Notes: a model not told the origin generated them from the letters alone. A stretch of DNA of 64,000 nucleotides from Candidatus Velthaea sp. (GCA_965214935.1 CBDCCS010000014.1:1-64000); one strand, 5' to 3'. Counted from the stretch's first letter, positions 49,201 to 59,730 are shown. Translations and numbers: made by a program.

Positions 49201-50101
49201 CGATCGGTGCGCCCGCTGCCCGCAAGATTGCAGCTGCTGCCTGAGGTACCCGGCTGACCAAGAAGCCGCCGAAACCAAGCTCGAACCCGCCGACGTTTTC
49301 GGTGCGCGGCACAAGCTCGATTTCCCAATGCATGAGCGCTGATGCGCGAGCATCGTGCGGCGCGGACTGGACGATCATATTGAATGGGAAGCCTTCGCCA
49401 AGCGTGGCGGCAAGCCGTCTCAAGGCGTCGCGCGCGACGGCTGCGAGATGCGCGAGCTTCCGGGCTTCCGAGCGCGCAAAGGAACCGGCGTGTCGACGGG
49501 GCGCAATCCGCACCTCGAACGACATGCGTGACGCGTCCGGGACGTAAGCAAAAAACTCACTGTTCTGCGCCACGATCCGGCCGTCGCCGGCGGCAAGTGC
49601 CGCGCAGACGGAGCAGTCGGGCGTCAAGCGTTCCAGCCGCGTCGAGATCGAAAGTGGAACCGCCCGTAAGGCAACCACCTGCGAATGCGGGTGGGCGAGC
49701 GACGCGCCCGAACCCGGACCTGAATTTTTAAACAGCGCCACAAAAGCATATCCGTCGGCGTAACCCGTCGCTTCCCGCTCGCGGTAAACACCGAAAATTC
49801 GCTCGATCGCCGGTGGCTCAAGCGCCGTCCAGACGGCGTCGTGCGCGCGCAACTCGACGATGACTTCATGCCGCCCGTCCGGCTCCACCACCGCCGGGTA
49901 AATGTTGGCGAAAACCCGGCTGGACCAATTGACTCCCGGATCGGGCGTCAGCAGCGCCCCGGTAAGGGCTTCGTTACCCGGACAAAACGGACACTCGAGC
50001 GCAGACCCGTGCAGATCGCTTGGCCGTTCCGAGCGGTTGGGACCGAAAAACGATTCGGTCGCGCGCAAACGATCGGCACGGATCGGCCGCGCGACGGTCA
50101 T
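49193..50101 (-). CDS. GalT-like (HIT-superfamily) hexose-1-phosphate nucleotidyltransferase
   Basis: RSERP, CPFCPGNE, HEVIVE, GASLAHPHSQ, HWEIELVPR. Confidence 0.85.
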   Translation of the reverse strand: MTVARPIRADRLRATESFFGPNRSERPSDLHGSALECPFCPGNEALTGALLTPDPGVNWSSRVFANIYPAVVEPDGRHEVIVELRAHDAVWTALEPPAIERIFGVYREREATGYADGYAFVALFKNSGPGSGASLAHPHSQVVALRAVPLSISTRLERLTPDCSVCAALAAGDGRIVAQNSEFFAYVPDASRMSFEVRIAPRRHAGSFARSEARKLAHLAAVARDALRRLAATLGEGFPFNMIVQSAPHDARASALMHWEIELVPRTENVGGFELGFGGFLVSRVPQAAAAILRAAGAPIDA

Positions 50102-52530
50102 GTGCTAACGGTCGCCGCGGGCGGCGAAGCCAACACCATCGCATCGACGAGCGCCGGGCGGCCGGACAGTACGAGTTCGGCAAGTTCGCCCGGTGCGAGC
50201 GTCCGGCGCACGTTCGAGCCGCGAAAATCAAGCGCGACGTGACGGATACGGTCGGCTTGATTGCACAAAAAAGCCCGCACGCCGCCGCTATCTTCAAAAA
50301 CGATCGCCGCAACGTCGACCGGCGATGTCGTCGCCTCGTCACTTACATCGCGACCGGCGTAATACACGCGATATGGTTCGTCGGCCGAAGCAAACGTCAT
50401 ATCGCCGATGATGCGCCGGCCGTCCGCGTCGATGACATAGCTGTTGAGGCGACCGCCCCAATGCACCCGGGCAGCAGCGGACCACTTCCAATCCGGCGGC
50501 AGCAACGGCGCGAAATGCGGCCGTCCACCGGTCCGATAACCGTCCAGCCCGCAAACGGTCTCGGCGACGGCCCACAAATACTTCGCACTCGTCCACGGCG
50601 AGAGATACATGCCGCGATTCGTCAACGAACCGCCGTCGAACCATTCACCGAATTGACCCGGCACCGTATTGCGCGGCGCGCCGGCTTCCATCGTTGCATA
50701 AACGGTTTCGAGCCAATGCGCGGCCTCGGTCAAGAAGCCGTTGCGCGCCAGCGCAACGACGAACCATAGGGTGAGGTCCGGCCACACGCCGCCGAGCAGC
50801 CCAAAACCATGCGAGGGAAAATACCAGGCATCGGCCGTCGATATCGTGCGCAAGCCGACCGCCGTCGTGAAATCCGCTTCCAGCAGTCGCCGCAAGATCG
50901 CTTTGCGTTGCTCGGCATCGGCGACGTTGAAAAGTACCGGGAAGACTTCGTCAGCCGTAAAGTTATCTTGGTAGTTGCCTTCGTTATCGTAATTGAGCAC
51001 GAAGGCGCAGCTGTCGCGATTGAACAGCTTGCTCATCATCGCTTCGCGCAATGCTTTGGCTTGGCGCGAGAAACGCTCCCAGGCAACGCGGTCGTCGACG
51101 ATCGCGGCCAGCATCGCCGCCGCTTCAACCGCGAAGCAGGCCTCGGCGTTGATCTCCGTTACCGCGCCGTCGAGCGTGTAGTACGGAATAATGTTGCGCC
51201 ATGACGTGATCCCGAACATGTCGACGCCGGCGGCTTTGCAAAAGACGAGTCCGTTCACGTCGCGCTGACTCAATAAATAGTCGGTAATCTTGACGACGAG
51301 CGGAAACACACCACGCAGCCATTGGTCATCGAGCGTCGCGTTGTAATGATGCAAAATTGCGATTACGTGCAGCGGCGTATCATCGTTGATGTTGAGTTCG
51401 TAACTCGTACTTTTCCCGTCGACGCCGCGTACGTATTCAACGACCTGACCGCTCGGTTCGACAAACCGGTTGAACAACTCGATGGCGTCGCGACTGAAGC
51501 GCGGTAAGAAATAATCGTAGCCGTGAACGAACCATGACGTATCGCGCGAGACCAGGATATCGGACGGCGGCGAATTGGTCGAACCCCAGCCTTGCGGATA
51601 TTGCTTGATAACGCGCAGCATGTTGCATTTCGCCCAGACAACGCCGCGATTGATGACCGGCGACGGCGTCATCAATCGTGCATCGGCAAGCCGTAGCGCA
51701 TAATAGCGATGCGTTTCGCGCAGTGCCGCCTCGTCATGCAACAGCTGCTCGAGCGCAGGCTTCGCCTGCGCATCGCCGTCTTTGTTGAAAACGACGGCCA
51801 GACGCAGCGCTTCACGGCCGCCCGGCGCGAGCGTCAACCGGTATTCAAGTGCACCGAAGATCCGGCGATTGACGAATTCGGCAAGCTGCGGCGTCACTTC
51901 ACCCAGCGACAAATCGGCATGCAACCGTCCGGCGAGCATCGCTTGGGTGATCGTCTGCTCGCGCAATGCAACGATCACGGCGCTCGGTTCGCGCGAACCG
52001 CCCCACCAGCGCGAATAGCCTGAATCTTCGCCGAACGAGCGAATGTACGCACCTGAAACCGACGCCCGGACGTGCGTTTCGGGTTCACCGTAGAAACGCT
52101 GTCCGATCAGCAGCGCCCACGGAAAAATTCGCACTTCTTGCGCGTCGGTACCGCGATTCGACAAATTGATATCGATGACGAAACTGACCAGCCGGTCATG
52201 CTGTGGGCCATGCGGCACAAAGAACGTCTCGGTGACGTCGACGGTATCGTAGAGACCAAATTCACTGATCTGCGCGTACGGCAAAAAGGTAAACGTACGC
52301 GAAATTTGATGCGGCAGTAACGTCGATGCTTCGCCTAAGCGATAGGCAATTTGATGCGCGCCGAAGATAATGCGATCCGTGTCGGCGTCCCACAGACCGC
52401 GAATACCGCCCTTGGGCGTCGACGTTGCAAAGCTTTTGAAATTGCCGAGGGTCAAGCCGAACGGCGTTTGCGCCTCCGGCAAGACATACGCACAATACTC
52501 GTTGTGCTGCGCATCGTAACTCGGACCCAT
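50098..52530 (-). CDS. Six-hairpin glycoside hydrolase (amylo-alpha-1,6-glucosidase / GDE-like)
   Basis: SRDTSW, DDTPL, GLRTIS, GGVWP, QFGEWFDG, PWTSA: alpha6/alpha6-barrel motifs. Confidence 0.75.
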   Translation of the reverse strand: MGPSYDAQHNEYCAYVLPEAQTPFGLTLGNFKSFATSTPKGGIRGLWDADTDRIIFGAHQIAYRLGEASTLLPHQISRTFTFLPYAQISEFGLYDTVDVTETFFVPHGPQHDRLVSFVIDINLSNRGTDAQEVRIFPWALLIGQRFYGEPETHVRASVSGAYIRSFGEDSGYSRWWGGSREPSAVIVALREQTITQAMLAGRLHADLSLGEVTPQLAEFVNRRIFGALEYRLTLAPGGREALRLAVVFNKDGDAQAKPALEQLLHDEAALRETHRYYALRLADARLMTPSPVINRGVVWAKCNMLRVIKQYPQGWGSTNSPPSDILVSRDTSWFVHGYDYFLPRFSRDAIELFNRFVEPSGQVVEYVRGVDGKSTSYELNINDDTPLHVIAILHHYNATLDDQWLRGVFPLVVKITDYLLSQRDVNGLVFCKAAGVDMFGITSWRNIIPYYTLDGAVTEINAEACFAVEAAAMLAAIVDDRVAWERFSRQAKALREAMMSKLFNRDSCAFVLNYDNEGNYQDNFTADEVFPVLFNVADAEQRKAILRRLLEADFTTAVGLRTISTADAWYFPSHGFGLLGGVWPDLTLWFVVALARNGFLTEAAHWLETVYATMEAGAPRNTVPGQFGEWFDGGSLTNRGMYLSPWTSAKYLWAVAETVCGLDGYRTGGRPHFAPLLPPDWKWSAAARVHWGGRLNSYVIDADGRRIIGDMTFASADEPYRVYYAGRDVSDEATTSPVDVAAIVFEDSGGVRAFLCNQADRIRHVALDFRGSNVRRTLAPGELAELVLSGRPALVDAMVLASPPAATVST

Positions 52531-52573
52531 ACCAAACAATCGCGCTGTTACGGCGGATGAATCCTCCCGTCGC

Positions 52574-53467
52574 TTGCGTAACACGCGTCTCGTGCTGGCT
52601 CACGCCAAGATCAATTTGACGCTCGAAATTTTAGCGCGCCGGGAAGACGGTTATCATGCCTTGCGCAGCGTCATGCTGCCGATCGCGATCGCCGACGAAC
52701 TTGCGTTTAGGCCGGCCGCCCGCTTCGGCTTCAGCTGCGATCCGGCCGAGCTCGAGCCGGGCAATCTGGTCGTGCGAGCCTTTCAACGAATCGGCTTGGC
52801 TGAATGTGCCGTGCACGTTACGCTCGACAAGCGGATCCCCGTCGGCGCCGGGCTGGGCGGTGGTTCGAGCGATGCCGGCGCGGTGTTGCGCGCCGCGCAA
52901 AGCGGTGTCTTCGGTCCGCCGGCGCCACGCGATTGGCTCGCCGATGCGCGCGCCCTGGGGTCGGACGTGCCGTTCTTCCTCGTTGACGGCGGTGCGCTCG
53001 TCGAAGGCACCGGCGAACGCGTGACGGCGCTCGGTGAATTGCCGCCGTGGTGGCTCGTCGTGCTCGTACCGCCGGTCCATGTCGCGACGCCCGACGCGTT
53101 CGGACGCCTTGCGCTCGAGCGCGCGCGCTCGCCGGTCGCTGCGCGACCGCGCAACGAATCGGCAAGTTTGCACGCGCTGAGCGCCGTGCAACGTGCCGAC
53201 TATGCTGCTGCAATCGCTGCCGCCACAAATGACTTTGAGCCGATCGTTCGCACCGCATACCCGGCGGTCGGCGCGGCCCTCAACGCCCTACAGGCGGCAG
53301 CTGCCGAACATGCGATGCTCTCGGGGTCCGGCGGCGCCTGCTTCAGTCTGTGCCGGACGGAAAGCGCGGCGCGCGACTTGGCCATGCGCATTCGTTTGCC
53401 GCCGCAAACGGCGCTGCACGTGGTGCCGTTCGCGCCGACGCCGGCTTGGCGTCGCGTGTCACCGTAA
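52574..53467 (+). CDS. ispE: 4-diphosphocytidyl-2-C-methyl-D-erythritol kinase
   Basis: AKINLTL, KRIPVGAGLGGGSSDA, LGSDVPFF, MLSGSG. Confidence 0.95.
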   Translation: MRNTRLVLAHAKINLTLEILARREDGYHALRSVMLPIAIADELAFRPAARFGFSCDPAELEPGNLVVRAFQRIGLAECAVHVTLDKRIPVGAGLGGGSSDAGAVLRAAQSGVFGPPAPRDWLADARALGSDVPFFLVDGGALVEGTGERVTALGELPPWWLVVLVPPVHVATPDAFGRLALERARSPVAARPRNESASLHALSAVQRADYAAAIAAATNDFEPIVRTAYPAVGAALNALQAAAAEHAMLSGSGGACFSLCRTESAARDLAMRIRLPPQTALHVVPFAPTPAWRRVSP

Positions 53468-54217
53468 TTGCACGCGATCGTTTTAGCCGGCGGCGCTCCG
53501 GATGCAGTCGCGGCCCTGGCTCCGGGAGCCGTCAATAAGGCGTTCGTTCCGATCGCCGGAGTAACGCTGGTCGAACGGACGCTACGCGCTCTGCGCGACG
53601 TTCCGCGCATCGAGCGCATTATCGCCGTTGCGCCGCCGGCGGCGCACGCCGACCCGGCGCTGCGCTTCGCGGACGAGCGACGTGCCGATGGACCGCGAAT
53701 GCTCGACAGCCTGCAAAATGGACTCGCCGGGCTCGATCCCGACGCACTCGTGCTCGTCTGCGCCTCGGATCTGCCCGTGCTGACCTGCGCGGCCATTGAC
53801 GAGGTGCTCGATGCGCTGCTGCTGCGCGACCTCGACGTTGCCTATACGTGTCTGGAGCGCGCGGTTCACGACGCGCGGTATCCGCAAATTCCGCACACCT
53901 GGGCGCGCCTGCGCGACGGCACGTTTTGCGGCGGCGGCATCAGTGCGCTCAAGCCGCGCGCGCTCGCAAGATTGGGTGCAGTCCTCGACACACTCGGCGC
54001 CGCGCGTAAAGCGCCGCTCCGGCTCGCCGGTGTGCTCGGCATCGATGTTCTCGTGCGCTTTGCACTCGGCCGCTTATCGGTTGCCGACGCCGAAGCGCGA
54101 GCAACGCTGATACTCGGGGCGCGGGCCGGCGCAATTCGTTCGACGCATGCAGAGATCGCCGTGAACGTCGACCGGCCGCGCGATGTCGCGCTGGCGACGG
54201 CGCTCTTCGCACGCTAG
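53468..54217 (+). CDS. MobA-like nucleotidyltransferase family protein
   Basis: AIVLAGG, NKAFVPIAG, SDLP, NVDRPRD. Confidence 0.82.
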   Translation: MHAIVLAGGAPDAVAALAPGAVNKAFVPIAGVTLVERTLRALRDVPRIERIIAVAPPAAHADPALRFADERRADGPRMLDSLQNGLAGLDPDALVLVCASDLPVLTCAAIDEVLDALLLRDLDVAYTCLERAVHDARYPQIPHTWARLRDGTFCGGGISALKPRALARLGAVLDTLGAARKAPLRLAGVLGIDVLVRFALGRLSVADAEARATLILGARAGAIRSTHAEIAVNVDRPRDVALATALFAR

Positions 54218-54777
54218 CCGCCGCTCCAGCGCGCGAAAAGCGCATTGGAAATGCCGAACTGATCGAGCGCTTTGCCGACGGTGTGATTGACGATGTCTTC
54301 AACCGAACGCGGCCGGGCATACATGCCCGGAATCGGCGGCAAAATGACAGCGCCCATTTCGGCAAGTTGCGTCAAGGTTCGTAAGTGTCCGATGTGCAGC
54401 GGCGTCTCCCGCACGATCATCACCAGCTTGCGGCGCTCTTTGAGACAAACATCGGCGGCGCGCACGAGCAAATTACCGTTGAGCGAATGTGCAACCGCCG
54501 ATGCCGTCTTCATCGAACATGGGATGACGAGCATTCCGTCGGTGAGGAACGAACCGCTCGATATCGTTGCCGCTAAATTGTCGTCGGCATGGACGACATC
54601 GGCAAGCTGCTCGAGATCGGTCGCGGTGTAGTCGGTTTCAAGGACGATCGTTTGACGCGCTTGCTGCGAAATGACGAGGTGAACTTCAATATCGCCGGCG
54701 GCACGAAGCGCACGCAAAGCGAAATAGGCGTAAAGACTTCCGCTCGCACCCGATACGCCGACGATCAGCTTTCGCAC
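54214..54777 (-). CDS. ubiX: Flavin prenyltransferase UbiX
   Basis: VGVSGASG, ISSGSF, PCSMKT, RAADVCLKERR, RETP. Confidence 0.95.
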   Translation of the reverse strand: MRKLIVGVSGASGSLYAYFALRALRAAGDIEVHLVISQQARQTIVLETDYTATDLEQLADVVHADDNLAATISSGSFLTDGMLVIPCSMKTASAVAHSLNGNLLVRAADVCLKERRKLVMIVRETPLHIGHLRTLTQLAEMGAVILPPIPGMYARPRSVEDIVNHTVGKALDQFGISNALFARWSGG

Positions 54778-54851
54778 ACCTAACGGACTTCAACGGTCGC
54801 ACGGCGGTTCCGGCCGCGGGTTTACGCTGCGCCAAAGCGAATCAACCCGGC

Positions 54852-56774
54852 GTGATCCCGATCCTCGTCGACGAACGGCGAATCGCTGCCGGACTCGACT
54901 CTGCACTTGGGGCTTTTTTGCACCAAGGCGCATGCGAGATTGTGACGCCGGCCGGATTGCTCGAACGTTTGACGGGTGTCCGTGTCGTCGGCGATGCGGA
55001 ACGGCGCGCGATCGTACGGCGTATTGCCGCAACGCGCGACGATACGGGGTTGGCGCCGCACATATGCGCGAGTACGTCGTTCGCATCGCGCGTCGCAGCA
55101 GCGATCGACGGTAGCGCGGTTCGTACGCCGTTCGAGACGATCGTCGAACATTATCGGACGCTGCTCGCATTTGCCAATGTCCTCGACGTGCCCGATGCAC
55201 TGCATCGCGCATTGGCCGGCGAACGGCGGGCGATCGATCTGCCGGCATTGCGCGTCGACAGCATCTTGCTCGGTGAGGACGAGCGCGCGTTCGCATGGCG
55301 CCGGTTATGCGCAGCTGCCGGCATCAGCATCGAACCGCTCGTCCTCGGCGTCCCGGATGCACCGCTTATCGACCTATCGATCGTCGCGGGCGTTGCGGCG
55401 ATCTTGCACTTTGCAGCAACGGAAAGCGACCGCGCTGCGCGCGCGGCGATCGTCAGCCGGATTGCCGGCGTCGGTATCGATGATGCTCGTGCACTGCTGA
55501 CGGCAAGCCTCGACCGGCAGCCGCTGCTCGACATCATCGATGCTGCGAAGATTGCGCTCGGACCGCACGCGCGTCAAGCGACTACGGCATTTGCGCGCGG
55601 ACTGCGCGCCGTTACGCGCGCGTACTGTGCGCCCGATGCCGGTGCGGCAACCGTACTCGCGGAAATCGGCGCGAACTTCGCACTCGATCACGATCCGACC
55701 GTTGCGGCGCTCATCGCTGTCGCGCGCAATTTCGACCGCGCTCGCACCCTGGGTCCGCATTGGGATGCAGCAGATCTCATCGCGGAGTTCAGCGCCGAGT
55801 TTGCCGGCAGCCGGCGACCGCCGGCGCCCGCGTTTACACCGCAGCCGCGGCCGGTGCCGGACGCCGAACAGCCACGGCCGGTGCCGATTCGGCGTCTGCA
55901 TTTTAGTGCTTCGTCGCTTAATGCATACGCGCAATGTGCCCGCAAATGGTATTTCCGGTATGTCTGCGCGGCGGTCGAAGATCGCGGTTCGTCGGCCTCG
56001 TTCTACGGTACGGCTTTTCATGCAGCGCTCGAAGATTTTCACCTGAGGTACACGCGCATTTCCGAGACCGGCAGCGCCGAACTTGCAGCGGCGCTCGACG
56101 GCTGCATGGTGGCCGCATTCGACCGGTATCGCGGACGCTTTGATGCGCCGGTGGAGTTCGAGCTCCAGCGCCGGCGCGCGCGTCGCACGGCTAAACGGTA
56201 TTTGCGCTGGCTCATCGAGCGTGCGAGGACCGCACCCTTTACGGTTATCGGCTGTGAGGTCGTCACCGAACTCGAACTCGACGGTTACGAATTCGTCGGC
56301 TACATCGATCGGCTCGATCGCGATGACCGGACCGGCGCCGTTACCGTCATCGATTACAAAACCGGCAGCATCGCGTTGAGCGCCGCGGAATACCGCGACG
56401 AAGTGGCGACGTTCGCTGAGTTTCAACTGCCGTTTTATTACTGGGCGCGAACCGCTGCGGGCGACCGGGTTACGAAACTGGCGCTCGTCCCGCTTAAAGA
56501 TGCATTGCTCGACGTTGCCCCGATCGAGCTTGAGATCGTACCGGGCAACGCCGCAGCGGGCAGCGGCCGCCGCAGCGACAGTCCGCGCGGAACGATATCG
56601 GTCGGTGAACTCGAGCGCGCGCGCACGAAGATGATCGAACACGCGCAAACGTTGTCGAGCGCGACGCGTGCAGCTTTTCCGGCGACCGACGATCCCGACG
56701 CCTGCCGCTACTGTGCCTATCGTGACGGCTGTCGCGAGCGTCCGTTAGCCTTGCAAGAACGCTTCGGCCGATGA
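54852..56774 (+). CDS. RecB-family PD-(D/E)XK nuclease with Fe-S staple (AdnA/AddB-like)
   Basis: FSASSLNAYAQC, GTAFHAALE, GYIDRLD, IDYKTG, QLPFY, CRYCAYRDGC. Confidence 0.88.
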   Translation: MIPILVDERRIAAGLDSALGAFLHQGACEIVTPAGLLERLTGVRVVGDAERRAIVRRIAATRDDTGLAPHICASTSFASRVAAAIDGSAVRTPFETIVEHYRTLLAFANVLDVPDALHRALAGERRAIDLPALRVDSILLGEDERAFAWRRLCAAAGISIEPLVLGVPDAPLIDLSIVAGVAAILHFAATESDRAARAAIVSRIAGVGIDDARALLTASLDRQPLLDIIDAAKIALGPHARQATTAFARGLRAVTRAYCAPDAGAATVLAEIGANFALDHDPTVAALIAVARNFDRARTLGPHWDAADLIAEFSAEFAGSRRPPAPAFTPQPRPVPDAEQPRPVPIRRLHFSASSLNAYAQCARKWYFRYVCAAVEDRGSSASFYGTAFHAALEDFHLRYTRISETGSAELAAALDGCMVAAFDRYRGRFDAPVEFELQRRRARRTAKRYLRWLIERARTAPFTVIGCEVVTELELDGYEFVGYIDRLDRDDRTGAVTVIDYKTGSIALSAAEYRDEVATFAEFQLPFYYWARTAAGDRVTKLALVPLKDALLDVAPIELEIVPGNAAAGSGRRSDSPRGTISVGELERARTKMIEHAQTLSSATRAAFPATDDPDACRYCAYRDGCRERPLALQERFGR

Positions 56775-59572
56775 ACACGCAGCCCGATGTCGGCGACGTC
56801 GATGCTCGGCGCGCGGTCGACGCTCCGGCCGATGCGCCGTTATTAGCCGTTACCGGGCGCGCCGCGAGCGGCAAGACCGAAACGCTCGCGCGGCGGTACG
56901 TTGCTGTGCTCGGACGCGACCCGACCATTACCGCGGGCGCGACCATCGTCAGCGCGGCGCGACCGGATGCAGCCGCGGCGCTCGCTGCGCGCATCGAACG
57001 CTTACTACCGGCCGCGCGCGTCGCGGAGTATAAGCGAGAGCATCGCTATATCGGCCACGGACTCGAACGGCTGGCATTCGATCTGCTCGCGGAACATGCG
57101 ACGCTCAGCGGCTTAGCCTACGATCTCGAAGCAATCGACTTATACGATGCGGAGGAAATTTTCGAGCGGGCGATCGCACCGCTTTTCTCCGCCGACTGGG
57201 GCGACTTCGTGGGACCGGATATCGATCCGGAGATACCGGGCCTGCGCGCGCCCGACCGTTTCGCCGTCGCCGTCTTGCGTTTGATCCGCAAATTGCGCGA
57301 TGCGCACATCGGACCTGATGCGTTTCTAAAAGCCGCCTTGCGCGGCGCAACGGATTTTTACGCCAATCCCCCAAACTTGTCGTCGCCCGCGTTACTTCTT
57401 GCAACCAAAGACGAGCACCACGCCGCACTTGCCGTCGACGGAGCGGAGCGCGAACGGCAGCGGCGCCGCGAGATCGATTTAGCAAAAATCATTGCAAAGT
57501 TATATACCGCCTATCTCGCTGAACTCGTCGCACACGGCTGCTTGACGCCGACCGATGCGATCGCGGAAGCGACGCGACTGCTCCAAGAACATCCGGCAAT
57601 CGCGCGGATGTGCCGGCGCCGCTTTCGTATTGCACTCATCGACGATGCGCACGATTTGCACCCCGGCGAGTTCCGGCTGCTCCAGGCAATCTTCGGCTCG
57701 ACGTTGCCGGGCGTGACGATCGCCGGCGATCCCGATGCGGCGACGCAAACGTTTGCCGGTGCGCGCCCCGAGCGCACGTTCGGCGCCGCCGCTACGACGC
57801 TGCGTTTGCAGGCTAATTATTGCGTACCGCCGCTGATCGGCGCCGCCGTGGCAGCATTGCTCGAACCGCAGGCCGGACCGTTGCCCAGCGGCGATGCGTT
57901 GCGGCTCTATCGCGCGCAAACGCAGGCCGGTGAAGCGGAATTCGTCGCGACGAGCATCGCGGCACGGATTGCCGGCGGCTCACCGGCCAGCCGTATCGCG
58001 GTGCTGCACCGTTCGCTACGCACGCTCGGCGCGTACGAAGAAGCACTCGTCGAGCGTAACATTCCGATCGCGCTGCTTGGTGACGCCGGATTGTTTGCGC
58101 GGCATGATACGCTCGATGCTTTGGCGCTGCTGTGGTCGACGGTCGATCCATTCCACCATGCGTGGTTGTTGCGTACGTTGCAGTCCCCGCTGCTCGGCTT
58201 TGCCGATGCAAGCATCGCAATCGTTTGCGCTGAACCGACGAGCGCGCAACCGCTATTATTCGATCTTCCGGCGCAGGCAGAGAGCGAGGGCGGCCGGCGT
58301 TGGGACCGGCGCCGCGATTTACGGCTGGGAACCAACGTCGTGCGCGGAGATCGCGATATCGACTTGCCGTCCGACACGCGCGAACGTCTGATCGCGTTCC
58401 GCGCGCAACGGTTGCGCTGGCAAGAGGTCGCGCAACGCAGCGGCGCAGCAGATGCCGCCCGTGCAATCTTGCAGGACGCCGGTCTCTTCGCCGTCCGTCC
58501 GGCGGAGACGGCGGCGCGCACGCGCCGCCGCGTTAAGATCGTGAACGGACTGCTCGACGTCATCGGCCGCTACGAGTTCCGGCATCCGGGCGACGGCCTG
58601 GCGGGCGCACTGGCATATTGTGAGAGAATTGCGCGGAGCGATGATGGTCCGCGGCTAACGGCTTCCGCCGATGACGGCGTCGTCGTCGCGGAGATCGATG
58701 AAGTCAAAGGCCGGCGCTTCGATCATGTCTTCATCGTCGACGTGCGGGCCGGATCGTTTCCGCCGTATTACGTGCCTGACGCGTTCTTGTTCAGCGCCGT
58801 CTACGGGATGATCCCCAAAGACAGCGTCGGCGATGCAGTTACATCGCGCACTGCCAAATTTACTTGGTATTTGCACACGGCAAAATTGCGCGAAACGTAC
58901 GCGCGTGAAGACCGGCGCGCGTTAGCCGTCGCACTGGCACGCGCCGACCGAAGTGCGACCGTGAGCGCCTCCGGCCGTGCAACACGCGGCGTCGCGGCAC
59001 CCGAATTACTCGTCGAGCTGGCCGCTCTCGGACCGGCTCTCGTTGCGGCCGGACCGCTTTGCGCAGAGAGCGACGCACCAACGGCGGCGGCAACGTATAC
59101 GCCGGAGACACCGGCGCAAACCGCGTCCGGACCGGCGCCGGCGGTCGCCGCCGAGCGGCTTGCCGATATGCTGCAATGCGTGCGGTGTGCGCCGCGCGGT
59201 ATGGTCCGGCGCGCGTTCAACGCGACGTTCACGTTACTTTCCGGCCGCCTTAGCGGAACGGATCGGCGGATTGAGGCGCGCGATATTCACTTTGGTTTTT
59301 CGCTCGGACAAGCCACGGTGTTTGGTGCCGTTCCGGCGATCGTCGGCCATGCCGGGCGCTCGTATATCACGGTGGCCGAAGCTGACGATGCACTCGCCGC
59401 GCTCGCTATTTACGGCTTACGCGAGCGCGTTGCAGCCGACGCGTACTTCGTTGAAAGCGCCGACGTCGTTAGCGGTCCTCACCCAGTCGACGTCGAGCCG
59501 TTCGTCGCGCAGGCGCGCGCGGTCATCGACGGCAGGGCGCAGCCGCTCTGTGCCGAGCACCGCTTGTCGTAA
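56771..59572 (+). CDS. UvrD/SF1 helicase-like protein with degenerate motifs (AdnB/AddA-like)
   Basis: GRAASGKT, LIDDAHD, AGDPD, KGRRFDHVFI, EDRRALAVALARA. ATGA overlap with the nuclease gene. Confidence 0.85.
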   Translation: MNTQPDVGDVDARRAVDAPADAPLLAVTGRAASGKTETLARRYVAVLGRDPTITAGATIVSAARPDAAAALAARIERLLPAARVAEYKREHRYIGHGLERLAFDLLAEHATLSGLAYDLEAIDLYDAEEIFERAIAPLFSADWGDFVGPDIDPEIPGLRAPDRFAVAVLRLIRKLRDAHIGPDAFLKAALRGATDFYANPPNLSSPALLLATKDEHHAALAVDGAERERQRRREIDLAKIIAKLYTAYLAELVAHGCLTPTDAIAEATRLLQEHPAIARMCRRRFRIALIDDAHDLHPGEFRLLQAIFGSTLPGVTIAGDPDAATQTFAGARPERTFGAAATTLRLQANYCVPPLIGAAVAALLEPQAGPLPSGDALRLYRAQTQAGEAEFVATSIAARIAGGSPASRIAVLHRSLRTLGAYEEALVERNIPIALLGDAGLFARHDTLDALALLWSTVDPFHHAWLLRTLQSPLLGFADASIAIVCAEPTSAQPLLFDLPAQAESEGGRRWDRRRDLRLGTNVVRGDRDIDLPSDTRERLIAFRAQRLRWQEVAQRSGAADAARAILQDAGLFAVRPAETAARTRRRVKIVNGLLDVIGRYEFRHPGDGLAGALAYCERIARSDDGPRLTASADDGVVVAEIDEVKGRRFDHVFIVDVRAGSFPPYYVPDAFLFSAVYGMIPKDSVGDAVTSRTAKFTWYLHTAKLRETYAREDRRALAVALARADRSATVSASGRATRGVAAPELLVELAALGPALVAAGPLCAESDAPTAAATYTPETPAQTASGPAPAVAAERLADMLQCVRCAPRGMVRRAFNATFTLLSGRLSGTDRRIEARDIHFGFSLGQATVFGAVPAIVGHAGRSYITVAEADDALAALAIYGLRERVAADAYFVESADVVSGPHPVDVEPFVAQARAVIDGRAQPLCAEHRLS

Positions 59573-59651
59573 TTGTGAAACTCGGCGAATTCCGGCTGCA
59601 CTGTTGCTATGTTAAGCAAGCTTTGCAATACTGCACGGGCCGACACTCTGC

Positions 59652-59675
59652 ACAACGCATATAGTATTTCGTTGT
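59652..59675 (+). promoter_or_regulatory. Inverted repeat enclosing a -10-like hexamer upstream of the small peptide gene
   Basis: ACAACG-catatagtattt-CGTTGT with TATAGT at 59660-59665. Confidence 0.4.
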
Positions 59676-59730
59676 AGCGAGGCGCACCGAATTTACGGCT
59701 GCAGGCCGTACGCAGTAAGGAGGTACACCG

